Positions 9,249 to 18,205 of a stretch of 64,000 nt of DNA are shown here, one piece after another. Each line of letters begins with the position of its first letter. The first letter of the stretch is position 1. The notes under the pieces were generated by a model that had not been told where the DNA came from, did no database searches, and saw only the letters and a program-made list of their open reading frames with translations. Position numbers and translations under genes: made by a program. The stretch comes from a bacterium (GTDB taxonomy: Bacteria > Patescibacteriota > Patescibacteriia > HK-STAS-PATE-3): the NCBI GenBank assembly GCA_043800725.1, contig JAZDMR010000015.1, positions 4,065 through 68,064 of the forward strand, in the 5' to 3' direction.

Positions 9249-10925
9249 ATGTTTATAAAAAATAAAATTTATTGGCTGGTTGTCCTGTTTGTATTAATGG
9301 CTATGCCCTGGCCCGGCCAGGCGAAAACCTGGCACTTTGAACGCTGGGATGCCGAGTATCAAATCAATACCGACTCAACCGTCAACGCGCAAGAGACGAT
9401 ACAATACGTGTTTAATGGCGACTTTAGCCAGGTTTACCGAGAGCTGCCCAAAACCAAGGGCATTCTTTTTGATTCATTTGCGGTGACTGACCAGGCAGGC
9501 CAGGCAATTGATAAGGTAAATATTTCCCAGAACAGCACGAACGTCAGGATCGAAGCAAACTTTGACAAGACTCCGGCTGGCCAGATCACCCAAAAAACCA
9601 TTATTATTCATTATCGAATTTTAAACGGACTGGGTGATTTTGACGAGCACGATGAATTTTATTGGAATGTAGTTCCGCCGGATCGAGCGGTTTCAATTGA
9701 TTATGTTTCAGCCACAGTGAAGCTTGAAGAGAGCTATCAGCCTGACCAGCTGCGACAGAAAATATTTACAGGCGAGACGGGAAGCACCATGGAAAGCACT
9801 GAATATGAAGTTGTCAATGGGAGTACTCTGCAGTATGCCGGATCGGACATTGCGCCGGGCGAAAATTTCACCATTGTCGCTGGCTGGCCCAAGGGGTCAA
9901 TCACTTTTCAGACCTTTGAAGAAGTGCATACGCTTTGGGATAAAATTTTGGGCGTAGGTATGTGGATTTATTTTATCAGTCCTTTAATCGTGGGCGTCTG
10001 GTTGTATAAGAGGTGGCGGATTGGCGGCCGTGATCCCCAGGGCAGAAAAACCATCGTCGCCCAGTATGATCCTCCGGATGGCGCGGCTCCGGCGATAGTC
10101 GGCACTTTGATAGACGAACGAGTGGATATGCGCGATATTACCGCAACGATTATAGATTTAGCCGTACGAGGTTTTATTCAAATAGAAGAAGACAAACAAA
10201 CCGGCTTTTTGAAAAAAACTGAATATACTTTTATTAAGCTAGAAAATCCCCAAAAATTCATATCCTTGAATAACTATGAAAGCCAGCTCCTGAAAGACTT
10301 GTTTGGATCGAAAACGCAAGTGTCCTTGAGCCAGCTGAAAAATAAGTTTCATACCAAAATAAACAACATTAAGGATGAAATCTACAAGAAAACAGTAGAG
10401 TATGACTATTTCCAAGGCAATCCGGAAAAAGTCCGGCAAAAGTATATGATAGTCGGTTTAATTTTTATTTTTGCGGGTTTCCTATTATTATTTGTTCCTT
10501 CAGTCTGGGGAGTGCTCTTGATAATCTTTGGCAGGGTGATGCCCAGGAAGACTGCAAAAGGTGTCCTAGCCAAGGAGTGGGCGAATGGGTTCAAGCTTTA
10601 CTTGCATACTGCCGAGAGGTTTCGGGTCGCCGCTATGACTCCGGAAACGTTTGAACGTTTTTTGCCCTATGCCATGATTTTTCAAGTGGAAAAACAATGG
10701 GCCAATCGTTTTGTCGATATATATAAAGAGCCGCCCGAATGGTTTAGGACCAATGATCCAATGGGGGCGTTTTCTTCAGTCATGTTCGCCAGCCATTTGT
10801 CCAGCGTAATGACCAGCACGGTTAGCCAGACCTTGGCCAGCTCGCCATCATCAAGCTCAGGATTTTCCGGCGGCGGAGGATTTTCCGGAGGAGGAGGCGG
10901 AGGCGGAGGCGCTGGAGCGAGCTAG
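9249..10925 (+). CDS. DUF2207 family membrane protein
   Basis: Signal peptide, DEFYWN, ATIIDLAVRGFI, LPYAMIF and C-terminal SSSGFSGGGGFSGGGGGGGG. Confidence 0.9.
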   Translation: MFIKNKIYWLVVLFVLMAMPWPGQAKTWHFERWDAEYQINTDSTVNAQETIQYVFNGDFSQVYRELPKTKGILFDSFAVTDQAGQAIDKVNISQNSTNVRIEANFDKTPAGQITQKTIIIHYRILNGLGDFDEHDEFYWNVVPPDRAVSIDYVSATVKLEESYQPDQLRQKIFTGETGSTMESTEYEVVNGSTLQYAGSDIAPGENFTIVAGWPKGSITFQTFEEVHTLWDKILGVGMWIYFISPLIVGVWLYKRWRIGGRDPQGRKTIVAQYDPPDGAAPAIVGTLIDERVDMRDITATIIDLAVRGFIQIEEDKQTGFLKKTEYTFIKLENPQKFISLNNYESQLLKDLFGSKTQVSLSQLKNKFHTKINNIKDEIYKKTVEYDYFQGNPEKVRQKYMIVGLIFIFAGFLLLFVPSVWGVLLIIFGRVMPRKTAKGVLAKEWANGFKLYLHTAERFRVAAMTPETFERFLPYAMIFQVEKQWANRFVDIYKEPPEWFRTNDPMGAFSSVMFASHLSSVMTSTVSQTLASSPSSSSGFSGGGGFSGGGGGGGGAGAS

Positions 10926-11054
10926 ACAATTATTAAATATTGATTTAAAGACTCGAGTATTTACATTCGAGATTTTGATTAATCTTTTAAAATGCTATAA
11001 GGTGCATAGGGATAAATAACAGAGCTCTTTTCATGGAGAGGAGGGAACATATCA

Positions 11055-11390
11055 ATGGATCAGGTTCATTTGATAGTTCGGATTGCTTTCTTGCTTTATC
11101 TGGTTGTCGGATTTATAGTCTGTCTCTTTTTTTCTGTTAGGAAGCTTATTCAGCCAGAAACGTGGTATGATGCCGGTCGTTCTATAAAAAAGCACGGCTG
11201 CCGTATTCTTATGGGGCTTGGCATTTATGTGTTGGTATTGGGAGCGTCATACCTTCTATCCCCAATACTTTTCGATTCTTTGATGATTGTCTCAATAGCG
11301 TTGATTGGTCTCGGTCTGGGATTAATCATAATTCTATTGTTGGTGCTTTGGTTACTTTGGCCACTGACAATAAAGCTTTATCGCGATTAA
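11055..11390 (+). CDS. Orphan small membrane protein (about 3 TM)
   Basis: GGAGAGGAGGG SD; hydrophobic; hairpin CCCGCTC/GAGCGGG at ~11420-11444. Confidence 0.65.
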   Translation: MDQVHLIVRIAFLLYLVVGFIVCLFFSVRKLIQPETWYDAGRSIKKHGCRILMGLGIYVLVLGASYLLSPILFDSLMIVSIALIGLGLGLIIILLLVLWLLWPLTIKLYRD

Positions 11391-11529
11391 TTGATGGACC
11401 ATAAAATCCTTTTAAACCGACCCGCTCTAAGAATAATGAGCGGGCCTTATCTTTGGAAAGTGCGGCTTTAAATCGTTGAAAGGGAATAAATGGTATAATA
11501 CTAATTAACCAAACTTGGAAATAGAGTTT

Positions 11530-14500
11530 ATGCCAAAGCAAAAGCCACCAATTCACTGGTTCAGATCTCAACCGTTAAATAGCTGGTTTGGAGTGATTAT
11601 AATTATCTTTACGGTAGTTTTTGGCTGTTGGTATTTGTCAGACCAGAATGAAATTAAGCCTCAGGGCGAAGTAAAAGGAGTTTCATATCCGCCCGTTGAC
11701 ACCTATCAAGATCATTGCATCTATCGAGGAGATGTTCCTGATGGGGAGTTGTGCGGAGAATATCAAACCAAGAATCTGGTATCGGAAGATTCCAGTTTTG
11801 AATTCGGGGTAAACGGGACTTATGATTCGATCAGCGTTACTCAAAGGCTGCATTACGATTATTACAATCCGGGCAGCGGTGATATATTTTCGGCTGATCC
11901 GGCCCGCGGCCTGGTAATGACCGAGATTACTGATGAAGATTCGGTTGACGGGGATTACAGCTTAAAATTCGACAATCGCAATGCCGGCGGGGCTTCGATT
12001 GATCTTAATTATATTACTGCTCCGGAAACCGGCCGATATGTTTTTTCGGTTTGGGTAAAGGCCCTGGAAGTGGGAGGCAAAGTTGATGATAATGATTCTT
12101 GCAGTAATAGCGCGATTGGTCTGCGATTAAGAATCTACAATCATATTTGGGCGAACTATACGTCCGGCAACGACCAATTCAGCGTGGCTCCGGCCGACGG
12201 CTGGAAACGCATTTCCGTAGTTTCAACAGTAGATCCCATGATTCAGTCCGGGGAAATCTATCATCCGGAAATTCTGGTCAGCAGCACGGTTCAGCCCCAG
12301 TGCTGGGGCATGGGCGTGCTGCTGATGGACGCGATACAGTTTGAATATGCCGAGAATCAAAGTACCCCCGCGCCGACTGATTATGCATATCAAACCTCGC
12401 AGCAGGAGTTATTTGCCCATACTTCGACTGACGCAGCAGGCACCAACCCGAAAAACGGCAACTTTTACTGGCTGGACGATGAGGAAAATATTTACGCACA
12501 ACTGGAAATACTTGAGCAAGCCGCTTTGTCCAGCAATTCAATAATCAAGTGGCAGCTTTATGACAGCTCTGGAGATTATTTCAATACGGATACTGCCTTG
12601 GATCAGGGCGAGATTCTGATATCCCACTCGGCTTCAAATAGGCAAACCATTACCCAAGATTTAACCAGCATTATCGGATCAGCCGTCCCCGCAAAATCTA
12701 AAGGCTGGTTTACTCTGGCGTATGAATTATGGAATCCGGATGAATCAAAAATGCTTGATAAGGAATTTTTAGTCATGGCGATTGCCGAGAAGTCGCCTTA
12801 TCGAAACCAGGACCTGCCCGATTCGTTTTTTGCCAATCACGTTACTCTGGGATGGCTGGATATAAACAGTGCCTATGATCATCATTTTTTTTCTGCCAAC
12901 CGGCCGCTGAACGAGTATTTGGAAATAGCCAGGGATTTGGGCATTAAATGGTCCAGAGAGTTCAGCTTGATCAGCAAGGATAATATTGAAGATCAGGTGG
13001 ATGAAGATCCTTTTTTGGATGACTATGTTACAGCCGCGGATCAGCATCATATTAACTTAATGCCGGTCATCTCCGGTTCCGAAGGGCCTGAGGGTACTTG
13101 GCAGAGTTACGTAGCCACGGTGGCGGACCATTATGGCGATAACATAAACGTTTATGAAGTGCTTAATGAACCGTATACGCTGGACTATGACGAATATTAT
13201 GAATATTTATGGCGGGCCGAAGAAGCTGTCCGGGAAAATCAAGGCTTGGTCGAGAATCAAGTGTCCGGACCCAGCTGGGGTGACGACTGGCTGGATAATG
13301 TGCTGGGCTACAGCGATGGCATACATGGCACCGGCTATGAATTGTTTGATATTTTTGCGCCGCACTACTATAATCGATTTCAGTATGGGTTTCGACAGAT
13401 ACCCGAGGACGGTGTTGGTATCGGCCAGGCGGATATTGATGAAAGCATTAATACTTGGATGGAACAGCTTGACAGTCAGGCCCCGGGCGGAAGCAATACC
13501 AAGCCGAGCTGGAACTCAGAATTTGGAATTAATCAAACTCGAATTTACCCGGACACGGCCGCCGTCAACGGAGTGCCCGGCTGGGACGGGGATTCAGGCT
13601 GGCAGCGCTGGGATAACATGAGCGGCTCTATCCAGACGGCCAGGAAAATCACTTCTGACTTGATACGAGTGCATTTATATATAATGGCCAATGGGATTGC
13701 CAAAGGTTTTAATTTTGGACTTTTTAATACTTACGCGACAGTCGGTACCGGCTACAGCTATTTTGATTATGATAATACGCCGAACATTACAGCTCCGGCC
13801 TATGCGGAAATGACCAGTTTGCTGGAAAGCAGTAATTTTATTCGCCGAATCGAGACGCCCGAGCTGCGCACCAATGGCGTGCTGGACGACTATAGCCGAG
13901 CGTTTGTATTTGAAGCGCCTGACCTAAACAATCCTGGCGAAACTCGTCCCGTCGCTACGGTGTTTAACTTTGATCAGGAGTTTACTGGCGCGGCCCTGGA
14001 GGATATCCCGATTGATACCGGCAATGTTGATATTTTAGACATGGAAGGAAATCCCATCAGCGTGGCACCCGGATCAAGTTTTAGCGTGGATATTGATATG
14101 GCGCCAATCTATATAATTGGAAAAAATGATTTATCAGTAGAAGATTTAACCAGTGGCTTGGACCAGACCAGGCCATTGGCTCCTTTGCCCAGCTCCATAA
14201 CCGCCTTAAATGGTCTTGTTAAAATAATGTGGACTGAAACGCCGGACAATGATGTAGCCAGCTATAACATTTATCGTAGGGCTTACGGCAGCGGGGATGA
14301 CGACTTGGTAGACAATGTCGCCAGACAAGCTGAATCTGGTACGCTGACATACTATGACAATCCCGGCTCGGGTACTTGGCAGTACCGGATTGCCGCGGTA
14401 GAAGATGGCACCGGCTATGAGGCCAGCTCTGCTTGGCTGCCTGCTGATGGCGTTTATTTAAACTTGCCTCCTGATTTCCCGGCGATTCCAGATAAAGAAG

Positions 14501-15207
14501 TGGCCGAAGGTTCGTTATTGGAATTCACAGTCAGTGCCACTGATCCGGAAGACGACAGTTTAAATTTTAGCTTATCAAATGGACCAATCGGATCCAGCTT
14601 GACTGATCATGAAAATGGTACGGCTACTTTTCGCTGGACTCCGGATTATGACCAGGAGGGCAGCTATTCATTAATTTCTATTGTTGTTACAGATAGTTAT
14701 AATACGATTGGAAGGATTTTTAAGATTATAGTAACTAATACGAATAGAAGCCCAGTACTTCAGGGGAATAATAACCAGTCAATCCACGAAGGAGATGTTT
14801 TAAATCTAACAGTGTCAGGATTGGATGAAGATGGCGATAATACTCTGGCATTTGTGGCTGATAACTTGCCCATAGGCGCCAGCTTTATTGACCATGGCGA
14901 TCGGACGGCTACTCTTAGCTGGTCGCCGACCACCAGTCAAGCCGGTATTTACGACGATATTGCCATCACCGTAACAGACAATCACGCAGCGTCTGATTCA
15001 GATAATATTACTATTACCGTGCTGGATGGTTTGGCTGACTGCGCTCCTGTCTGGCAGTGTACTGGTTGGTCGACCTGTACAAACAGCTTGCAAGCCAGGT
15101 CTTGTACGGATCAAAATGCTTGCGGAACAGATGCTGATAAGCCGGAGGAGGCGCGGGCCTGTGATTCGACTTCGCCCAATGCAATTTCTGACTTGGAAAC
15201 GGAATAA
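11530..15207 (+). CDS. Large anchored/secreted clan GH-A glycoside hydrolase with CBM-like, FN3, two Ig/cadherin-like domains and a Cys-rich repeat
   Basis: N-terminal TM; YEVLNEP acid/base and WNSEFG nucleophile motifs; 'ATDPEDD...WTP' and 'DEDGD...WSP' Ig repeats; C-terminal CxxxWxCxxWSxC. Confidence 0.8.
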   Translation: MPKQKPPIHWFRSQPLNSWFGVIIIIFTVVFGCWYLSDQNEIKPQGEVKGVSYPPVDTYQDHCIYRGDVPDGELCGEYQTKNLVSEDSSFEFGVNGTYDSISVTQRLHYDYYNPGSGDIFSADPARGLVMTEITDEDSVDGDYSLKFDNRNAGGASIDLNYITAPETGRYVFSVWVKALEVGGKVDDNDSCSNSAIGLRLRIYNHIWANYTSGNDQFSVAPADGWKRISVVSTVDPMIQSGEIYHPEILVSSTVQPQCWGMGVLLMDAIQFEYAENQSTPAPTDYAYQTSQQELFAHTSTDAAGTNPKNGNFYWLDDEENIYAQLEILEQAALSSNSIIKWQLYDSSGDYFNTDTALDQGEILISHSASNRQTITQDLTSIIGSAVPAKSKGWFTLAYELWNPDESKMLDKEFLVMAIAEKSPYRNQDLPDSFFANHVTLGWLDINSAYDHHFFSANRPLNEYLEIARDLGIKWSREFSLISKDNIEDQVDEDPFLDDYVTAADQHHINLMPVISGSEGPEGTWQSYVATVADHYGDNINVYEVLNEPYTLDYDEYYEYLWRAEEAVRENQGLVENQVSGPSWGDDWLDNVLGYSDGIHGTGYELFDIFAPHYYNRFQYGFRQIPEDGVGIGQADIDESINTWMEQLDSQAPGGSNTKPSWNSEFGINQTRIYPDTAAVNGVPGWDGDSGWQRWDNMSGSIQTARKITSDLIRVHLYIMANGIAKGFNFGLFNTYATVGTGYSYFDYDNTPNITAPAYAEMTSLLESSNFIRRIETPELRTNGVLDDYSRAFVFEAPDLNNPGETRPVATVFNFDQEFTGAALEDIPIDTGNVDILDMEGNPISVAPGSSFSVDIDMAPIYIIGKNDLSVEDLTSGLDQTRPLAPLPSSITALNGLVKIMWTETPDNDVASYNIYRRAYGSGDDDLVDNVARQAESGTLTYYDNPGSGTWQYRIAAVEDGTGYEASSAWLPADGVYLNLPPDFPAIPDKEVAEGSLLEFTVSATDPEDDSLNFSLSNGPIGSSLTDHENGTATFRWTPDYDQEGSYSLISIVVTDSYNTIGRIFKIIVTNTNRSPVLQGNNNQSIHEGDVLNLTVSGLDEDGDNTLAFVADNLPIGASFIDHGDRTATLSWSPTTSQAGIYDDIAITVTDNHAASDSDNITITVLDGLADCAPVWQCTGWSTCTNSLQARSCTDQNACGTDADKPEEARACDSTSPNAISDLETE

Positions 15208-15209
15208 AA

Positions 15210-16853
15210 ATGAACACTCAAGCAAAAAAATTAATAGTTGCCACCATCACTCGAACTGAGATCGTCTCAACTCGGGTAATTCCTTTTTCCATCGTGATAG
15301 GCTTTTCCTCAGTCGCGCTTACCCTGATGTTGAGCTTGGCGGCTAATATGCCCTTTATTAATAATGAATTAATTAGCGCTCAGTACGATGATTCGAATTC
15401 TATTAAACTGACCTGGACCGCACCAGGGGATGATGGACATATGGGCCAGGCTAGTGAATATGAAATTCGCTATGCTATCTCTGAAATTACAAATCAAAAC
15501 TGGAGCGAGGCAACAAGGCTTAGCAATCCCCCAGAACCCCGAATATCTGGCTCAGCTGAATCAGTCCGAGTATTCGACCTAGAGCCGGATACTGAATATT
15601 TTTTTGCTATCAAGTCAATGGACGAGGCTGGCAATATTTCTTATATTTCAAATGTTGCCCATAAAACAACGGCTTGTCTTGAGGACTGGTCTTGTGAAGA
15701 TTGGTCAGATTGCCTTGATGGCATTCATACCCGCATTTGCACAGATCAAAATAGCTGCGGCACGGATCAGAATATGCCTATCCAGCAAGAATATTGCGAT
15801 TTCGGTGGGCCCTCGCCTGATTGTGAAGAATCTTGGAGTTGTACTACCTGGTCAGAATGCCGGGACGAAGGGCAGTATCGATTTTGCATGGATGATAATG
15901 GCTGCGGAACTGATCAAGATCGTCCTGACGAGCTGCAGTCATGCGAAGTAGCAAATCAGCCAGAAAATATCGTGGTAGGCACTCATCCTGGCTATCCGCC
16001 GCATTTGCGAGTCATGAATAAAGACGGTGAAGTTCAGAATCAGTTTTACGCATATTCGCCTCAGTTTACCAATGGCGTCAACTTCACCCGCGGCGACGTG
16101 AATGGCGACGGTGAAAAGGAAATCATCACCGGCACCAATGGCCGATCCGCGCCCCATATTCGCGTATTGAAAGAGGATGGAACAGTCGTTTCCCAATTCT
16201 ATGCTTATCCGGCTCAATGGCGCATAGGAGTTCAAGTTGCCGTGGGCGATATCAACGCTGATGGCACGGATGAAATTATTGTCCTGCCGGCGGTGAAAAG
16301 CGCTGCCCATGTCAGAGTGTTTGATTTCCAGGGCAATCTCCAGGGTCAGTTCTACGTATTCCCGGCTCATTGGCGCTTGCTGTTAAACATTGACTCAGGG
16401 GATCTAAATGGAGATTTGCGCGATGATATTATTGTGGCCACTACCGAAGGCTACACGCCTCATGTGCGTATTTTTTCAGGCCAGGGCCAGCTGATCAGTC
16501 AGTTTTTTGCTTATGCTTTAAATTATCGCGGCGGTGTGGAAATCGCTGTGGGTGATACTAATGGTGATAATATTGATGAAATAGTTACCGGCGCGGGCCA
16601 GGGTTATCATCCGCATGTTAGAATTTTGACAAAAGACGGCGATGTGGTGGGCCAGTTTTACGCTTATGCTTTATCCTATCAAGGCGGGGTTACCTTAAGC
16701 ACGGCGGACGTGGATGGTGATGGCAAAGATGAGGTGGTGGTGGGAACCCGTCCAGGCGCATCAGCTCATGTTAGGATTTTCAAGAACACCGGCGATCTGG
16801 TATCACAATTTTTTGCTTACCCCGAGTATTGGCGCATTGGAGTGGAGTTATAG
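15210..16853 (+). CDS. Surface protein: FN3-like domain, two Cys-rich TSP1-like repeats, FG-GAP/VCBS-like repeats
   Basis: LTWTAPGDDG FN3; two CxExWSCxxWSxC repeats; six 'HVRIF...QFYAY' units, five continuing into GD.NGDG..EI. Confidence 0.8.
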   Translation: MNTQAKKLIVATITRTEIVSTRVIPFSIVIGFSSVALTLMLSLAANMPFINNELISAQYDDSNSIKLTWTAPGDDGHMGQASEYEIRYAISEITNQNWSEATRLSNPPEPRISGSAESVRVFDLEPDTEYFFAIKSMDEAGNISYISNVAHKTTACLEDWSCEDWSDCLDGIHTRICTDQNSCGTDQNMPIQQEYCDFGGPSPDCEESWSCTTWSECRDEGQYRFCMDDNGCGTDQDRPDELQSCEVANQPENIVVGTHPGYPPHLRVMNKDGEVQNQFYAYSPQFTNGVNFTRGDVNGDGEKEIITGTNGRSAPHIRVLKEDGTVVSQFYAYPAQWRIGVQVAVGDINADGTDEIIVLPAVKSAAHVRVFDFQGNLQGQFYVFPAHWRLLLNIDSGDLNGDLRDDIIVATTEGYTPHVRIFSGQGQLISQFFAYALNYRGGVEIAVGDTNGDNIDEIVTGAGQGYHPHVRILTKDGDVVGQFYAYALSYQGGVTLSTADVDGDGKDEVVVGTRPGASAHVRIFKNTGDLVSQFFAYPEYWRIGVEL

Positions 16854-16871
16854 GAATTAGCTAATTTTGTT

Positions 16872-17092
16872 TGTCACCCTGCGCATCAAGTGCGGGGCAG
16901 GCGTCAAGAACCAAAGGTGATGGGGGAGACCCTTCCCCCGGATCGGGTCCGGGGTCAGGGATTCACATGCGTATTGCTGAGCTTGCGAAGCATCTCCACT
17001 TGCCCTGAGTGCCTGGGGAGACCCTTCCCCAGGATTCGAGTCCGGGGTCAGGGATGCAATCCGTGCTCCGAAGTGGGACGAAGCATCTCCCC
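16872..17092. repeat. REP-like palindromic tandem repeat (period ~92 bp)
   Basis: GGGGAGACCCTTCCCC.GGAT..GTCCGGGGTCAGGGAT at 16923 and 17015, each followed by CGAAGCATCTCC (16986, 17079). Confidence 0.65.
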
Positions 17093-17198
17093 GCGTCAGC
17101 TGTTTATATTAGTATGAACCGCCCCCCAACCGTAACGCTGGAGATTTATTAAATTAATATACTCAACAGTTTACGCGGACGGAATATCTGGTTAAAAG

Positions 17199-17408
17199 AA
17201 AAAAGGCCCCGTCCTCGACGAAGCCTTACAGAGAATTTTTGAATTCTACTTGGAGGGATCTCAGATAGTGCCATGCTAATGATCGCGATCCTATATTTGC
17301 GATCATGACTCTATCGTATTGTTAGCCTCCTTGCTATGTGATGGTATTCTCCGTAAGGTCTGTCAAAGAAGACAGGGCCCCACTTCAAACGTGCTCTTTG
17401 AAAAGATA
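17199..17408 (-). ncRNA. ssrS: 6S RNA candidate
   Basis: Promoter TTGACA(17443-17438)-17-TAAACT. ~176-nt rod (17205-17380) with long closing stem, symmetric 15/15-nt A-rich central bubble, inner GGAGG/CCUCC and terminal stems, U-tail; G-U pairs favour the minus strand. Confidence 0.7.
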
Positions 17409-17757
17409 TTTATGAGTTTAAATTATTTATTTTTAACTGTCAATTGCTGCTTTAATGGCCTTGGCTATTTACTGATAAATATTGATTTTGATAGGCTAAT
17501 ATTAGGTTATTTGGCCTGTCTGATTTTTCGTTAACTACGAGTTTCCGGATAGATTCCGACGAATATCAGGATAGCGCCACCTGTGATGATTTCAAAGGTT
17601 GACAATCCGACCAGGGAAAAAATAAGCTAGCGCAATTGCGGTAAAAGAAGTAATAATATTTTTCATTTATTGTTTATCACCTGTTCAGTATAATTAATTG
17701 TATGTTTTTGCATATTATTGCTATAGTGTAGGCGATTTAGAATTAATATTTTTACTT

Positions 17758-18201
17758 ATGCCAGAAAAAGCTAAAAGACTTACTCGATCAAAAAGCGACC
17801 GCATGGTAGCCGGAGTGGCCGGAGGCCTGGCTGAATATTTTAATATTGACCCAGTGATTTTTCGAGCCGCCTTTGTGCTGTTTGCTTTATTTGACGGAGC
17901 TGGAGTGCTGATTTATATAGTTATGTGGATTATTGTTCCCGAGACAGGCAAAGAAAGCGAAAAAAAGAATTTAGAAGAAAAGGTAAAAGAGGTAGGCAAA
18001 GAAGCGGAACAATTGGTTAATAAGCACGTGAATGAGAATAGCTCTTATCAGGCGCGCAATATTATCGGCATAATTATTATTATTATTGGGGCAATGGCTC
18101 TATTGCGGCAATTTTATCCCATGTCCTGGCTGGGATTTCACATGATTTGGCCGATAATAATTGTCGTATTTGGCTTTTTATTAATTATTAAAAAGGGTTA
18201 A
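17758..18201 (+). CDS. pspC: PspC-domain protein with C-terminal LiaF/DUF5668-like TM region
   Basis: LTRSKSDRMVAGVAGGLAEYFNIDP and YIVMWIIVP motifs; likely start ATG 17758. Confidence 0.85.
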   Translation: MPEKAKRLTRSKSDRMVAGVAGGLAEYFNIDPVIFRAAFVLFALFDGAGVLIYIVMWIIVPETGKESEKKNLEEKVKEVGKEAEQLVNKHVNENSSYQARNIIGIIIIIIGAMALLRQFYPMSWLGFHMIWPIIIVVFGFLLIIKKG

Positions 18202-18205
18202 ACAT

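Noticed and set aside
10862-10915. GGA/GGC low-complexity repeat
   Set aside because: Encodes the normal Gly-rich tail of DUF2207.
16872-17092. CRISPR array
   Set aside because: Only two diverged units, no unique spacers of regular length and no cas genes.
16890-17117. 75-aa ORF
   Set aside because: Merely a translation of the palindromic repeat.
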